Positions 29,728 through 39,300 of a DNA stretch of 64,000 nt are shown piece after piece; the stretch's first letter is position 1; every line of letters starts with the position of its first letter. The position numbers and the translations under genes are program-made. The stretch is from Acidobacteriota bacterium (lineage in GTDB: Bacteria; Acidobacteriota; UBA6911; RPQK01; JAJDTT01). The notes under the pieces were generated by a model that worked only from the letters and a program-made list of their open reading frames with translations, did no database searches and was not told the origin of the DNA. Where the stretch lies: positions 1,056,001 through 1,120,000 of the forward strand of contig CBDCJH010000002.1 in assembly GCA_965217775.1 (NCBI GenBank). Reading direction: 5' to 3'.

Positions 29728-30319
29728 TATCCCTGCCCCATTTCATACCGTTTCTGTGGCTTCTGGCACCCTGACGATGGGCGTCTTGTCGGTGTCCGTG
29801 GGCGTCATCTTATTACGATGCGGTTTTCCACCTTCGCAATTATGCACGCTTCTCAGGATACTGCTCACTTCGTAGCCAAGCGGTCGTCCAGAACCGAAAA
29901 ACGACAGGATTGCCGTTGATCCAACGTGCCAGTGGTTGGCGTAAGACGGGGATCCAAAGCGTCCAGCCTAGCCGACGCACCGGAGAATCGGGGACGTGCT
30001 CTTCTGGAAAGAACAACCCGATTCGCGTTGGCGGGCGAGTATGACTGGACGCACGGAGAACATCAAGGGCGTTTGGGAGCTCACTGCATCTGATGCCGTC
30101 AGGTGCCGGCTGATTGGTTGGCAAGGCTTGGCGGAGGGACCGGAGGGGGTGTGCGACTTTGGCTGGAGTGTGACGAGAATAGTGAGAGTGGACCAGGGCT
30201 GGGCCCCAAGGGGAGACTTGCCAGCACTTCTGCCACCGCAGCCCGGGTAGCGGAGAGGGGAGCGTGGGAGCGGTTTCTTTGAACCGGACAGCACGGCTTG
30301 TATAGTGGACGGTGCCAAC

Positions 30320-33300
30320 ATGATCCCTCCCCTGGTACACACCTTCCATCTGGACGAAGGAGCCGTCTTTCGCTGGCGCTTCGCGGGATTGATCCTGGGG
30401 GGCCTGCTTCTGGTGGCCTACTGGCAGGAGTGGATCGTCTCCCCCTTTCCCTGGGACCTGGGCCTCATCCTGACCTTCCTCTACGGGTACAGCACCTTCC
30501 ACCGGGCGTTCCAGGACGTGATCTCCCGGCGGATCAGCGCCGATCAGGCGGTGACTCTCGCAGCCTTGGCCGCGCTCTATGTGGGCGAGTATCTGGCCGC
30601 CGCCGAGGTGGTCTACATCATGCTCGTGGGGGAGACGCTGGAGGCCTACGCCTCCCAAAGGTTCCACACCGACCTGACCCAGCTGCTCTCGTTGCTGCCC
30701 CGGGAGGCCCACCGCTGGGGAGACGACGGCGAGGAGCGGGTGGCTCTGGGCGAACTCCGGCCGGAGGACCGGTTGGTGGTCTATCCGGGCGAGCGAGTCC
30801 CGGTGGACGGCGTCATCCTGGAAGGGGAATCGCTTCTGGACGAGAGTTCCATCACCGGGGAGTCGGTGCCCCGGGAGCGGTCGGTCCGCGACCAGGTCTA
30901 CGCCGGCAGCGTGAACCAGACTGCCCGGCTCCTGGTCCGCGCCCGCCAAGTGGGCGAAACCACGGTGTTGAACCGGATCGTGGAGCTGGTGCGCCAGGCC
31001 CGGGAGAGCAAGGCTCCGATTCAACGGACCGCGGACCGCTACGCCCAATGGTTTCTGCCGCTGGTGCTGGGAATCGCGGTCCTCTGCTACGTGGTGACGG
31101 GGGACTGGATGCGCTCGGTGGCGATCCTGATCGTGGCCTGCCCCTGCGCCATGGTCCTGGCGACGCCGGCGGCGGTCCTGGCCACCATCAGCGCCCTGGC
31201 CCGGAAGGGCATCGTCGTTCGCGGCGGGGTCCAGATCGAGGAGCTCTCCAAGATCGACTGCTTCGCCTTCGACAAGACCGGGACCCTCACCCGGGGCCGG
31301 CCCGAGCTGGTCCGGGTGATCCCCTTCGGCGAATTTCGGCCCGACGCGATCCTGGGTTGGGCGGCATCCCTGGAATTCTTCTCTGAGCATCTGCTGGCCA
31401 AGGCCATTCGGGAGGCGGCCGAGAGCCGCGGACTCGACGTGTCGCCCGGGGAATCGGTCCAAAGGCACGCCGGTCTGGGTCTGGAAGGGACGGTGGCGTC
31501 CAGCGGCGGGAAAGCGGGTCCGACCGTACTGGTGGGCAGCGCACGATTCCTGGAGCAGCGGGGAGTGACCCTCTCCAAGCCGGAGCAGGACGCCCTGGAT
31601 CAAGCTGCTTCCGAAGGAGGCATCGCCGTCCTGGTCGGGCGGGAAGGGCAAGCTGCCGGAGTCCTCCTACTGCAGGATCAGCCCCGGCAGGAGGCGGGCC
31701 AAGCGGTGGCCGAGTTGCGCCAACTGGGGATCCGGAAGTCCCTGCTGTTGACGGGAGACAACGAAAAAGCGGCCCACCGGGTGGCCCGGGAGGTGGGGAT
31801 CGCCCAAGTGCACGCGGGACTGCTCCCGGAGGAAAAGCTGGCCCACCTGGAGGATCTCAAGCTCCAGGGCCTCCGGGTGGCCATGGTGGGAGACGGTGTC
31901 AACGACTCGCCTTCGCTGGCCGCCGCCCACGTCGGCATCGCCATGGGGGACACGGGGACCGACATCGCAGCCGAAGCTTCGGGCGTGGTGCTGGTCGGAG
32001 ATAGTGGGCTGGACCGCCTGAAGCCGTTGATCCGCATGAGCCGCCACGCCGTCAAGACCATCAACGACAACATCTTCTGGTTCGGTCTGGTCTTCAATCT
32101 GGCCGCGGTCATGGCCGCCTTCTGGGGCTACCTGAGCGCCGTGGGCGCCGCCGTGGTCCACCAGGGTTCCTCGTTCCTGGTGCTGATGAATTCCCTCAAG
32201 CTGCTGGATCGCCGGCCGTCGGAGCTTCTTCCCCACGGGCTTCGCCACCGGCTGCACCACCTCCACCACCGGTACCACCATCTCCGCCACGACTTCCACC
32301 ATCTCCAACACGATGTCCTCCACTGGTTGCACCATCGGAATCCGGCCCATCTTTTCAGGCACTTTCTCCATTGGGCGGGTCATCGCAAGAAATCCCTCCT
32401 GCGCTGGGCCGCGGCCGCGGCCGTCCTGGCGTATCTGTTCTCCGGGGTCCGGATGCTGGCGCCGGAGGAGGTGGGAGTGGTCCAGCGCCTGGGCCGGCTC
32501 GTCGAGGGGTCGCTGGACCCGGGGCTTCATTACGTGGCTCCGTGGCCCGTGGAGACCCTCCACCGGCTCCGGCCCGCGCAGGTCCGCACCGTGGAGCTGG
32601 GTTTCCGGATCTCCGACTCGGCGCCCGGGGCCGCAGGCGGGCCGGCCGCCTACGAGTGGAACAATCAACATCGGCAGGGACGTTACCTGCGCCGGGAAGA
32701 CGAGGCGCTCATGCTCACGGGAGATGAGTATCTGGTGGAGGTCAATGCGGTGGTCCACTACTCCATTGCCGACTTCCACCAGTACCTCTTCGCCAGTTCG
32801 AACCTGGAATCCACCTTGCAGTTCCTGTGCGAAAGCGCCTTGCGCCAGGTAGCGGCCACGATGGAGTTGGATCGGATTCTGGCCCTGGACCGGCGCACCA
32901 TCGAGAGCGCGGCGATGGCGATCGTCCGAGCGGAGGCGGACCGACTGGGCCTGGGGGTCCGGGTCCAGGCGTTCCACCTCCAGGACGTGCATCCGGCGCT
33001 GGAAGTGGTGGGTGCGTTTCGGGACGTGGCCAGCGCCCTGGAACAGAAGAGCCGCATGATCAACGAAGCGCATGCGTACGCCAACCAGCGGGTGCCCATT
33101 GCGGCGGGCGAGTCCCAGGGTCGCCAGATCCAGGCTCAGGCCTATGCGTTTTCGCGGGTCCGGCGTTCCGAGGGCGAATCCCGCCGTTTCGAACTGCGCT
33201 ACGACGCCTACCGGCAGTCCCCGCGAACGACCCGCATTCGTGTCTACCTGGAGGCCATCGAAGCGGGCTTGGCGGGCAAGAAGAAATACATCCTGGACCA

Positions 33301-33391
33301 GGGCTCCGGACGCCGGAAGATGCTTCTGTTTCGTAATTCGGTGTTCAATTTCGGAGACTTCGAGAAGGCGGTCGCCGCCCGCGATCAATGA
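30320..33391 (+). CDS. P1B-type heavy-metal ATPase fused to an HflK-like SPFH domain via a His-rich linker
   Basis: TGES, CPC, DKTGTLT, SEH, TGDN, GDGVND; then TM plus GVVQRLG, PGLHY..PWP, MLTGD..LV (HflK); start 30305 or 30320. Confidence 0.92.
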   Translation: MIPPLVHTFHLDEGAVFRWRFAGLILGGLLLVAYWQEWIVSPFPWDLGLILTFLYGYSTFHRAFQDVISRRISADQAVTLAALAALYVGEYLAAAEVVYIMLVGETLEAYASQRFHTDLTQLLSLLPREAHRWGDDGEERVALGELRPEDRLVVYPGERVPVDGVILEGESLLDESSITGESVPRERSVRDQVYAGSVNQTARLLVRARQVGETTVLNRIVELVRQARESKAPIQRTADRYAQWFLPLVLGIAVLCYVVTGDWMRSVAILIVACPCAMVLATPAAVLATISALARKGIVVRGGVQIEELSKIDCFAFDKTGTLTRGRPELVRVIPFGEFRPDAILGWAASLEFFSEHLLAKAIREAAESRGLDVSPGESVQRHAGLGLEGTVASSGGKAGPTVLVGSARFLEQRGVTLSKPEQDALDQAASEGGIAVLVGREGQAAGVLLLQDQPRQEAGQAVAELRQLGIRKSLLLTGDNEKAAHRVAREVGIAQVHAGLLPEEKLAHLEDLKLQGLRVAMVGDGVNDSPSLAAAHVGIAMGDTGTDIAAEASGVVLVGDSGLDRLKPLIRMSRHAVKTINDNIFWFGLVFNLAAVMAAFWGYLSAVGAAVVHQGSSFLVLMNSLKLLDRRPSELLPHGLRHRLHHLHHRYHHLRHDFHHLQHDVLHWLHHRNPAHLFRHFLHWAGHRKKSLLRWAAAAAVLAYLFSGVRMLAPEEVGVVQRLGRLVEGSLDPGLHYVAPWPVETLHRLRPAQVRTVELGFRISDSAPGAAGGPAAYEWNNQHRQGRYLRREDEALMLTGDEYLVEVNAVVHYSIADFHQYLFASSNLESTLQFLCESALRQVAATMELDRILALDRRTIESAAMAIVRAEADRLGLGVRVQAFHLQDVHPALEVVGAFRDVASALEQKSRMINEAHAYANQRVPIAAGESQGRQIQAQAYAFSRVRRSEGESRRFELRYDAYRQSPRTTRIRVYLEAIEAGLAGKKKYILDQGSGRRKMLLFRNSVFNFGDFEKAVAARDQ
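32252..32314 (+). repeat. 3 x 21-bp coding tandem repeat (His heptads)
   Basis: CTGCACCACCTCCACCACCGG / TACCACCATCTCCGCCACGAC / TTCCACCATCTCCAACACGAT. Confidence 0.8.
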
Positions 33392-33455
33392 CCCGGAGGC
33401 ACCGCCCGCGTTGGCGGCACCCTGCGGCGGACGCCGGTAGTTGGAGAACAAGTCG

Positions 33456-34355
33456 ATGACCCGAACTCGGAAAATAATCCGGAACCGGTTGTTCTGGATC
33501 CTGATCCTCTTGATCCTCTCCTATCGGAGCCTGTTCCTGGTGAACGAACAGGAGATGGTCCTGGTCACCCAGTTCGGCCGGCCGGTCGCCCAATACAAGG
33601 ATGCGGGGCCCCGTCTCAAATGGTTCTTCCAGGGGCTCACACGCATCGACAAACGTCTGCACCTGTACAATCCGCGGCCCTCCGAATATCTGACCCGGGA
33701 CAAGAAGAATCTCCTGGTGGAGACCTACGTCATCTGGCAGGTGGAGGAGCCGCTCCAATATCTGAGGACCGTCGGGGATCGCTCCGGCGCCGAGATGCGC
33801 CTGCACGACATCGTGTGGTCGTCGGTCTCGGCCGATCTGGGCCGGACCGAGCTTTCCGAATTGGTGGCTACGGACCCGGACCAGGTCCGGCTGGAGCCCT
33901 TGATGGAGAAGCTCACACGCGAGTGCGATGAGATCTCCCGCCAACGTTACGGAGTTCGAATCGCCTCGGTGGACGTGAAGCGGATCAATCTGCCCACCCA
34001 GAACCGCGAGAGCGTCTATGCCCGGATGCGGGCCGAGCGGGACCGCATCGCCAAGAAATATCGGGCCGAAGGGGAGGAGGAGGCCCGCAAGATCCGGGCC
34101 GAGGCGGACCGCCAAGCCGAGGAGCTGCTGTCGGCGGCCTACAAACAGACGGAGATCATCCGGGGCGAGGCGGACGCCCAAGCCACCCGGATCTACGGAA
34201 GGGCCTATTCTCGGGACCCCGAGTTCTACCAGATGGTACGGACGCTGGAAGCGTACCAGCGGATCCTGGACGACAAGACCACCGCGGTCCTTTCGGCGGA
34301 CTCTGAGTTGCTCAAGCTGCTGACCGAGGGGAGGAACGGAAGGTTGGCCCGGTGA
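33456..34355 (+). CDS. hflC: HflC-like SPFH protein
   Basis: LVTQFGRP, LTRDKKNL, VKRINLP, RMRAERDRIAKKYRAEG, DPEFY. Confidence 0.9.
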   Translation: MTRTRKIIRNRLFWILILLILSYRSLFLVNEQEMVLVTQFGRPVAQYKDAGPRLKWFFQGLTRIDKRLHLYNPRPSEYLTRDKKNLLVETYVIWQVEEPLQYLRTVGDRSGAEMRLHDIVWSSVSADLGRTELSELVATDPDQVRLEPLMEKLTRECDEISRQRYGVRIASVDVKRINLPTQNRESVYARMRAERDRIAKKYRAEGEEEARKIRAEADRQAEELLSAAYKQTEIIRGEADAQATRIYGRAYSRDPEFYQMVRTLEAYQRILDDKTTAVLSADSELLKLLTEGRNGRLAR

Positions 34356-35275
34356 GAATCTGGTTGAGAGAAAACATTCTACTGGTGCTGGCCGTGGTCA
34401 TTGCCTTGTTCCTGGCTTCGGGGATCTACTACGTTCCCACCGATCGGCAGGCGGTGAAGTTGCGGCTGGGCCGGCTGCTTCCGGAGCGGATCCAACCGGG
34501 TCTCCAGTATGCCGCGCCCTATCCTCTGGAGGAGGTGGTCCTCTTGAAGACCAGCGAAGCCCAGCGGCTCACCGTCGGGGGAACCGATCTGGACCGCGCA
34601 CTGGGAGTGCGGGTCCTGACCGAGGACGACTCCCTTTTGAGCGGCGACCAGAACCTGGTCCGGGTCCGGGCTTCCATTCAGTACTACATCCAGGATCCGG
34701 GCCGGTATCTGTATCGGTCACAGGCCCTTCCCCGAGTCCTGGAAGTCCTTCTCTACCGCTCCCTCTCTCGAGCCGTGGCGGTCCGGGGCGTCGACGACGT
34801 GCTCACCACGGGCCGCATCGAGATTCAGAATCGGGTCCGGGAAGATCTGCAGCACGAGGCGGACCGCTTGGCTTTGGGTGTGGCCGTGACCTCCCTGGCC
34901 CTGGAACAGGTCCGTCCTCCAGAACAGGTCCGGGACGCCTTCCTGGAGGTGGCCAACGCCAGGGAGGACCGGAACCGGATCGTGCAGGAGGCCAGGGGCT
35001 ACTCCAGCGAGTTGCTGCCGCGAACCCGGGGCCAAGCCCAGGAAAACCTCCAAAAAGCTCGAATCTATGGCCGCGAGGTGGTTGATCGGGCTCAAGGGAA
35101 GTCGCAGCATTTCCTGAGTCTGTGGGGAGAGTACCGGCGCCATCCCACTGTCACCACGGCCCGGCTCTTCCTGGAGGCCATGGAGGAGATCCTTCCGCGC
35201 ACCCGCAAGGTCATTCTGGACGACGCCGGGAGCAAACAGGGGCTGGACCTGGATATATTCGCGCTGGAGGAGTGA
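34352..35275 (+). CDS. hflK: HflK-like SPFH protein
   Basis: PGLQYAAPYP, LLSGDQNLV, PPEQVRDAF.EV..ARED, RLFLEAMEEIL; 4-nt overlap with hflC. Confidence 0.88.
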   Translation: MRIWLRENILLVLAVVIALFLASGIYYVPTDRQAVKLRLGRLLPERIQPGLQYAAPYPLEEVVLLKTSEAQRLTVGGTDLDRALGVRVLTEDDSLLSGDQNLVRVRASIQYYIQDPGRYLYRSQALPRVLEVLLYRSLSRAVAVRGVDDVLTTGRIEIQNRVREDLQHEADRLALGVAVTSLALEQVRPPEQVRDAFLEVANAREDRNRIVQEARGYSSELLPRTRGQAQENLQKARIYGREVVDRAQGKSQHFLSLWGEYRRHPTVTTARLFLEAMEEILPRTRKVILDDAGSKQGLDLDIFALEE

Positions 35276-35311
35276 GGGAAGCCGGGGAGGGGGACCTCCG
35301 GGGAGACGGAG

Positions 35312-35785
35312 ATGGAACCGAGAAAATGGGTCTCCCTGCTGGCGATCCTGGGCTGCTTCCTCTATTTCGCCTCCCGCGATGCGCCCATCAGGGAAACCGT
35401 AAGGGAAGAGAGACCCGAAGATGTCCTGATCGCCATGGTCCAGGCCATGGAGCGCGGTGACGTCCAGGCGCTCAAGGAGTGCTTCGGAGGAGACCTGAGG
35501 CGGCGCCTGGAGGACCTGTTGGCGCGGGATTCGTCACCCCGGCAGTCCGAGTGGCTCAGGAGACGGGGAAGCGCCGTCAAGGGTCTGGCCATTCTGGGCC
35601 AGGAGGAACTGGGGCCGGATCAGGTCCGGGTGCTGACCGAGACGGTCTACAACGACCGCAACACCCGGCAGTCCTTCCTGTTGGAGCGGGAGAGCGGATC
35701 CTGGCGGGTGACCCAGAGCGATTTCGAAATGGTCAGCGACTGGGAAAACGATTTTGGGAAGTCGATTCGCGAGGTGGAGCGTTAG
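35312..35785 (+). CDS. Small membrane-anchored protein (NTF2/DUF4878-like fold possible)
   Basis: N-terminal TM; PEDV...MERGD; FLLERESGSWRV end; co-directional with the operon. Confidence 0.65.
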   Translation: MEPRKWVSLLAILGCFLYFASRDAPIRETVREERPEDVLIAMVQAMERGDVQALKECFGGDLRRRLEDLLARDSSPRQSEWLRRRGSAVKGLAILGQEELGPDQVRVLTETVYNDRNTRQSFLLERESGSWRVTQSDFEMVSDWENDFGKSIREVER

Positions 35786-36022
35786 TGATTCTGGAGAGTC
35801 AGCAGTGGGAGCATCGCGCGCCGCCGTGGGCACCTTGACGACTGATTCTGGCCCGTTTGTGGCCATTGGTTGGCGCGAACTGGTTGACGGTTGCGACGGC
35901 GTGAACGACTCGAATCTCGATGCCTTTCCGGCGAGCGACCTTGCCGAAGTATGCAAACCTTCCGGACCGAAAGCATCGTAACTCTGGCTCATGCTTGTGT
36001 TTGCGACTGACACCCAGACCAG

Positions 36023-37204
36023 ATGAATCCCGAGACCAGCCCGTTCAGACCGGGGCAACCCGTTCCCATTGAGTTCTTCGTCGGTCGTGTCGACGAAATC
36101 AGTCGTCTGCACGGTATGGTGAAAGCCAGCACACAAGGCAGGTTCAAAATAGGATTCATCAGTGGCGAACGCGGCATTGGGAAGAGTTCCCTGGCGTCTT
36201 TCGTGCGCCACCTTCCCGAGCAAGGGAGCGCAGTCGCAGGGTGCCATGTGTCTCTTGGCGGCGTCCGGGGATTGCAGGAGATGCTAAGGAGGACCTTCAA
36301 TCGCCTCTTGAAGGAGAGCAGGGACAAGCCCTGGCACGGACAAATCCGGGAGTTTTTCGGAAACCATGTTCGCAAAGTGGGAATGTTCGGCATCAGCCTG
36401 GAATTGGATCTCAAGGACAGAGACCTGTCGACGGTTGCCCATGACTTCGTTCCAACCATCAGGCGGCTCATGGACAGTCTCAAGGGCCACAAGAGCGCCC
36501 TTTTTCTGATACTGGACGACATCAATGGACTCGCTGGTTCCGAAGCCTTCGCCAATTGGCTCAAGAGCATGGTGGACGAGATTGCCACTTCGGGACGTAC
36601 GGTGCCCCTCTGTATTCTCGTCGTCGGCCTCGAGGAAAGACGACAGGAACTGATAGAGCATCAGCGATCTCTCGCCCGCGTTTTCGAGTTGATCGACCTC
36701 GCGCCCTGGTCGACGGGTGAAGTCAAGCAGTTTTACGACACATCTTTCGACTCCGTGAACGCAAAGATCACTGACTCCGATATGGAACGACTTGTCCGGT
36801 TCACCGGCGGACTTCCTGTACTGGCTCATGAAATCGGTGACGCGGTATGGCGCACGGCGCGAAACTTGGACATCAGTGCAAGAGAAGTTACGGCCGGTAT
36901 TCGGACCGCCGCCGACGTGATCGGCCGAAAACTGCTGGAACCACGGATATTCGCCGCCATCCATAGTGAGCGTTACCGTTCGATTCTTCGAAAATTGTCG
37001 GCCGAGCCTCGGATGCGCTTTCGTAGATCGGAACTCGTGGATCGTCTGACGGACGACGAAAAAAGAGTCATGGACAATTTCCTGAGGCGTATGAAACAAC
37101 TCGGAGCGTTGGATGCCGATCCCGGAATCAGAGGCGGGTACCGATTTCCGAACCTCCTCCACGCGTTGTATTTCTGGATGGAGGCACAGCGAACCAGCGC
37201 ATGA
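36023..37204 (+). CDS. Stand-alone AAA/STAND-like ATPase
   Basis: SPFRPG, FVGR..E, Walker A GERGIGKSS, Walker B LFLILDD, TGGLP. Confidence 0.85.
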   Translation: MNPETSPFRPGQPVPIEFFVGRVDEISRLHGMVKASTQGRFKIGFISGERGIGKSSLASFVRHLPEQGSAVAGCHVSLGGVRGLQEMLRRTFNRLLKESRDKPWHGQIREFFGNHVRKVGMFGISLELDLKDRDLSTVAHDFVPTIRRLMDSLKGHKSALFLILDDINGLAGSEAFANWLKSMVDEIATSGRTVPLCILVVGLEERRQELIEHQRSLARVFELIDLAPWSTGEVKQFYDTSFDSVNAKITDSDMERLVRFTGGLPVLAHEIGDAVWRTARNLDISAREVTAGIRTAADVIGRKLLEPRIFAAIHSERYRSILRKLSAEPRMRFRRSELVDRLTDDEKRVMDNFLRRMKQLGALDADPGIRGGYRFPNLLHALYFWMEAQRTSA

Positions 37205-37280
37205 ATCCGAGAGCAACGTTAACGGGACCACGTTCCGACGGCTGCAACTGCCAATCTGAGGGATTGATTGGTGACGAAAT

Positions 37281-37424
37281 ATGAAGGATCCAATCCTCAA
37301 GGAAATTCGAAAGACAAGGGACGCCCCCGCCACCAAGTTTCATTCTGACCTGCACACGATCTGCGAGGACCTTCGCAAGAAAGAGAAGATCTGCGGTCAT
37401 CCGGTCGTCTCCCTTCCGCGGTAA
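37281..37424 (+). CDS. 47-aa small protein of a type often found next to PIN toxins (orphan antitoxin-like)
   Basis: MKDPILKEIRKTRD...DLHTICEDLRKKEK..GHPVVSLPR; family from recalled similarity. Confidence 0.45.
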   Translation: MKDPILKEIRKTRDAPATKFHSDLHTICEDLRKKEKICGHPVVSLPR

Positions 37425-37724
37425 ACGCATCCTCAAGAAGTCGTCCGTGTGAAATGGCGGAATCAGCCACTTCATGTCTAGCCCGCATTTCTCACCAGGT
37501 CGCTACGCGTATGATGAAAAAGAATTTGTTTTTGAGCATTTACGCGGATTATGCCAAGGTTTCTCCGGGACAGACTGCGCGCTGGGCGCTCGCTCGCTGG
37601 TCTTTTCGCCCTCAGCGCGCACATGCTCCCTCAAACGTAGTCACCACTACGCTCTCGGTCGCGAGCACGCGCTGAGGGCGAAAATCCTGCGCGATCGTCA
37701 CGCCCCCTTCTGAGAAACAACCCT

Positions 37725-39068
37725 TTATGTCGCCTGCGAAACTAGCTTGTAGCCGAGGAGACGGGCCTGGTTTCGCACCCGGCGTTCGAAACGTTGCCGG
37801 TCCTGGTGCTCGGTCTCGGTGATCTTGTCCTCCTTATAGTCCACGCGATCGGTGATGAGGCGATAGATGATCCGGGCGAGTTTATGCGCGGTGGCGACGA
37901 TCGCCGCCGGCGTGCCCACTCGGGCGCGCAGCCGGCGGAAGTATTGCCCGAGAGGCGATTGGCTGCGAAACAGGGACTGGGTGGCCCAGCGCAGAGCCTG
38001 GGCGGCCCGGTTCGCGCCCGGTCCGGTGCTGGAACTGATCACCTTGCCGCCGCTGATCTTGTTCTTGGGACACAGGCCCAGCCAGGAGGCGAAGTGCGCC
38101 GAATTGGGAAAGCGGGACAGATCCGGTCCCACTTCCGTGAACAGGACCAGGGCGGTCTGCTCCCCGATGCCGGGGATGCACATCAGGTCCGTGCCCATCA
38201 GTTGCTTCAGTTGCACCCGCAACGGCACCGCCGCAGCCGAGGCGTCCGCACCCTCTGAGGCCCTCGCTTCAAGCGGTAGCGTCGAGCGTTCGAACCCCCG
38301 GATCAGGACGGCGATTTCCTGATCACATTCCCCCAAGAGCTGCTGGAAGTGGGCATAGGTCTCCCGAGCTTGGCGTAGCGTGAACAGCAGTTCGTCGCGC
38401 CAGTTCCCTTCCAACGCTGCGATCAACAGTTCCCGTTTTCGGGTCCGAATCCGCGGGTGGGCCAAGTCGGCCAACCGGGCCGGATCCCGCTCGCCAGCCA
38501 GGATGGCGTCGATGATCCGCAGCCCCGAGAGTCCCGTGATGTCGGTGATCGCATGGTGCAGATGGACATTCATCTGGTCCATCGCCTTTTGCATGTGCAG
38601 CGTCGCCTTCGCGGCGGCCTTGACCAAGGTGTCGCGGTGCCGTAGCAGGGTGCGCACCCGACAGATCTCGTCGGCCGGTCGGAACGAGCCCCGCAACAAG
38701 CCCACCGAGTGCAGGTACCGCAGCCACTCGCAGTCGGCCACGTCGGACTTGCGTCCGGGGACCACACTCACATGACGGGCGTTGACCAGCACCACATCGA
38801 ACCCGTAGTGCTCCAGGATCTGGTACACCGGGATCCAGTAGACTCCCGTCGACTCCATGGCCACGCTTTTTACGTGGCACCCCTGCAGCCACCGCGCCAG
38901 GGCGTGCAGTTGGGAAGTAAAGCTGCGAAACGATCGGATCGGCTGCGGATCGCGGTCGGGGCGGATCGCGACGTACAGTTCCCGAGCGCCGATGTCGATG
39001 CCGGCGGCCTCCGGATGCACGACGTTGGGTTGGGCGCTCCGAGTGCCGGTGCGTTTGCGTCTTGCCAT
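37725..39068 (-). CDS. IS110-family DEDD recombinase/transposase
   Basis: AGIDIG, AMESTGVYW, KSDVAD, IPGIG, ASWLGLCP..KISGG, AHKLARIIY; GGAGG RBS before ATG 39068. Confidence 0.95.
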   Translation of the reverse strand: MARRKRTGTRSAQPNVVHPEAAGIDIGARELYVAIRPDRDPQPIRSFRSFTSQLHALARWLQGCHVKSVAMESTGVYWIPVYQILEHYGFDVVLVNARHVSVVPGRKSDVADCEWLRYLHSVGLLRGSFRPADEICRVRTLLRHRDTLVKAAAKATLHMQKAMDQMNVHLHHAITDITGLSGLRIIDAILAGERDPARLADLAHPRIRTRKRELLIAALEGNWRDELLFTLRQARETYAHFQQLLGECDQEIAVLIRGFERSTLPLEARASEGADASAAAVPLRVQLKQLMGTDLMCIPGIGEQTALVLFTEVGPDLSRFPNSAHFASWLGLCPKNKISGGKVISSSTGPGANRAAQALRWATQSLFRSQSPLGQYFRRLRARVGTPAAIVATAHKLARIIYRLITDRVDYKEDKITETEHQDRQRFERRVRNQARLLGYKLVSQAT

Positions 39069-39089
39069 GATGATTGCCTCCACGTTGAT

Positions 39090-39300
39090 TTGGAAAATGT
39101 GCCAATATGGAGCGGGGCGGCCAGGGCGTGAGTTCCGGTAATCTTCTGTTTGGGATGATCCTCTCTGGCTTGCTGCCAGGGAGGATCTCACCATGGATTC
39201 CGCCACCCGCCCCGGGACCAAGCTGATGACCGGGTTCGCCTCGAAAGGCTCAACGCCAGTGGGGGACCGGACTACTTCACGCCCCACTCCGAAACTGGCC
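39090..39300 (-). ncRNA. Candidate IS110 bridge/seek RNA
   Basis: Structured non-coding end upstream of the recombinase; TAGAAT at 39308-39303; 6-9 nt words matching target and donor flanks. Confidence 0.55.

Noticed and set aside
29728-30300. Hidden gene or ncRNA in the long intergenic gap
   Set aside because: No recognisable motifs, repeats or convincing ORF
29840-33451. Long antisense ORFs (603 and 594 aa) and similar ones elsewhere (19684, 49284, 6837)
   Set aside because: Shadow frames of well-supported genes in GC-rich DNA with no motifs
37454-37713. Small ORFs MMKKNLFLSIYA.. duplicated at 52928-53161
   Set aside because: Internal to MITE B; no evidence of being independent genes
39069-39287. 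Long N-terminal extension of the IS110 transposase in the ORF track
   Set aside because: A good RBS and ATG at 39068 fit the family start; the upstream part is the structured non-coding end
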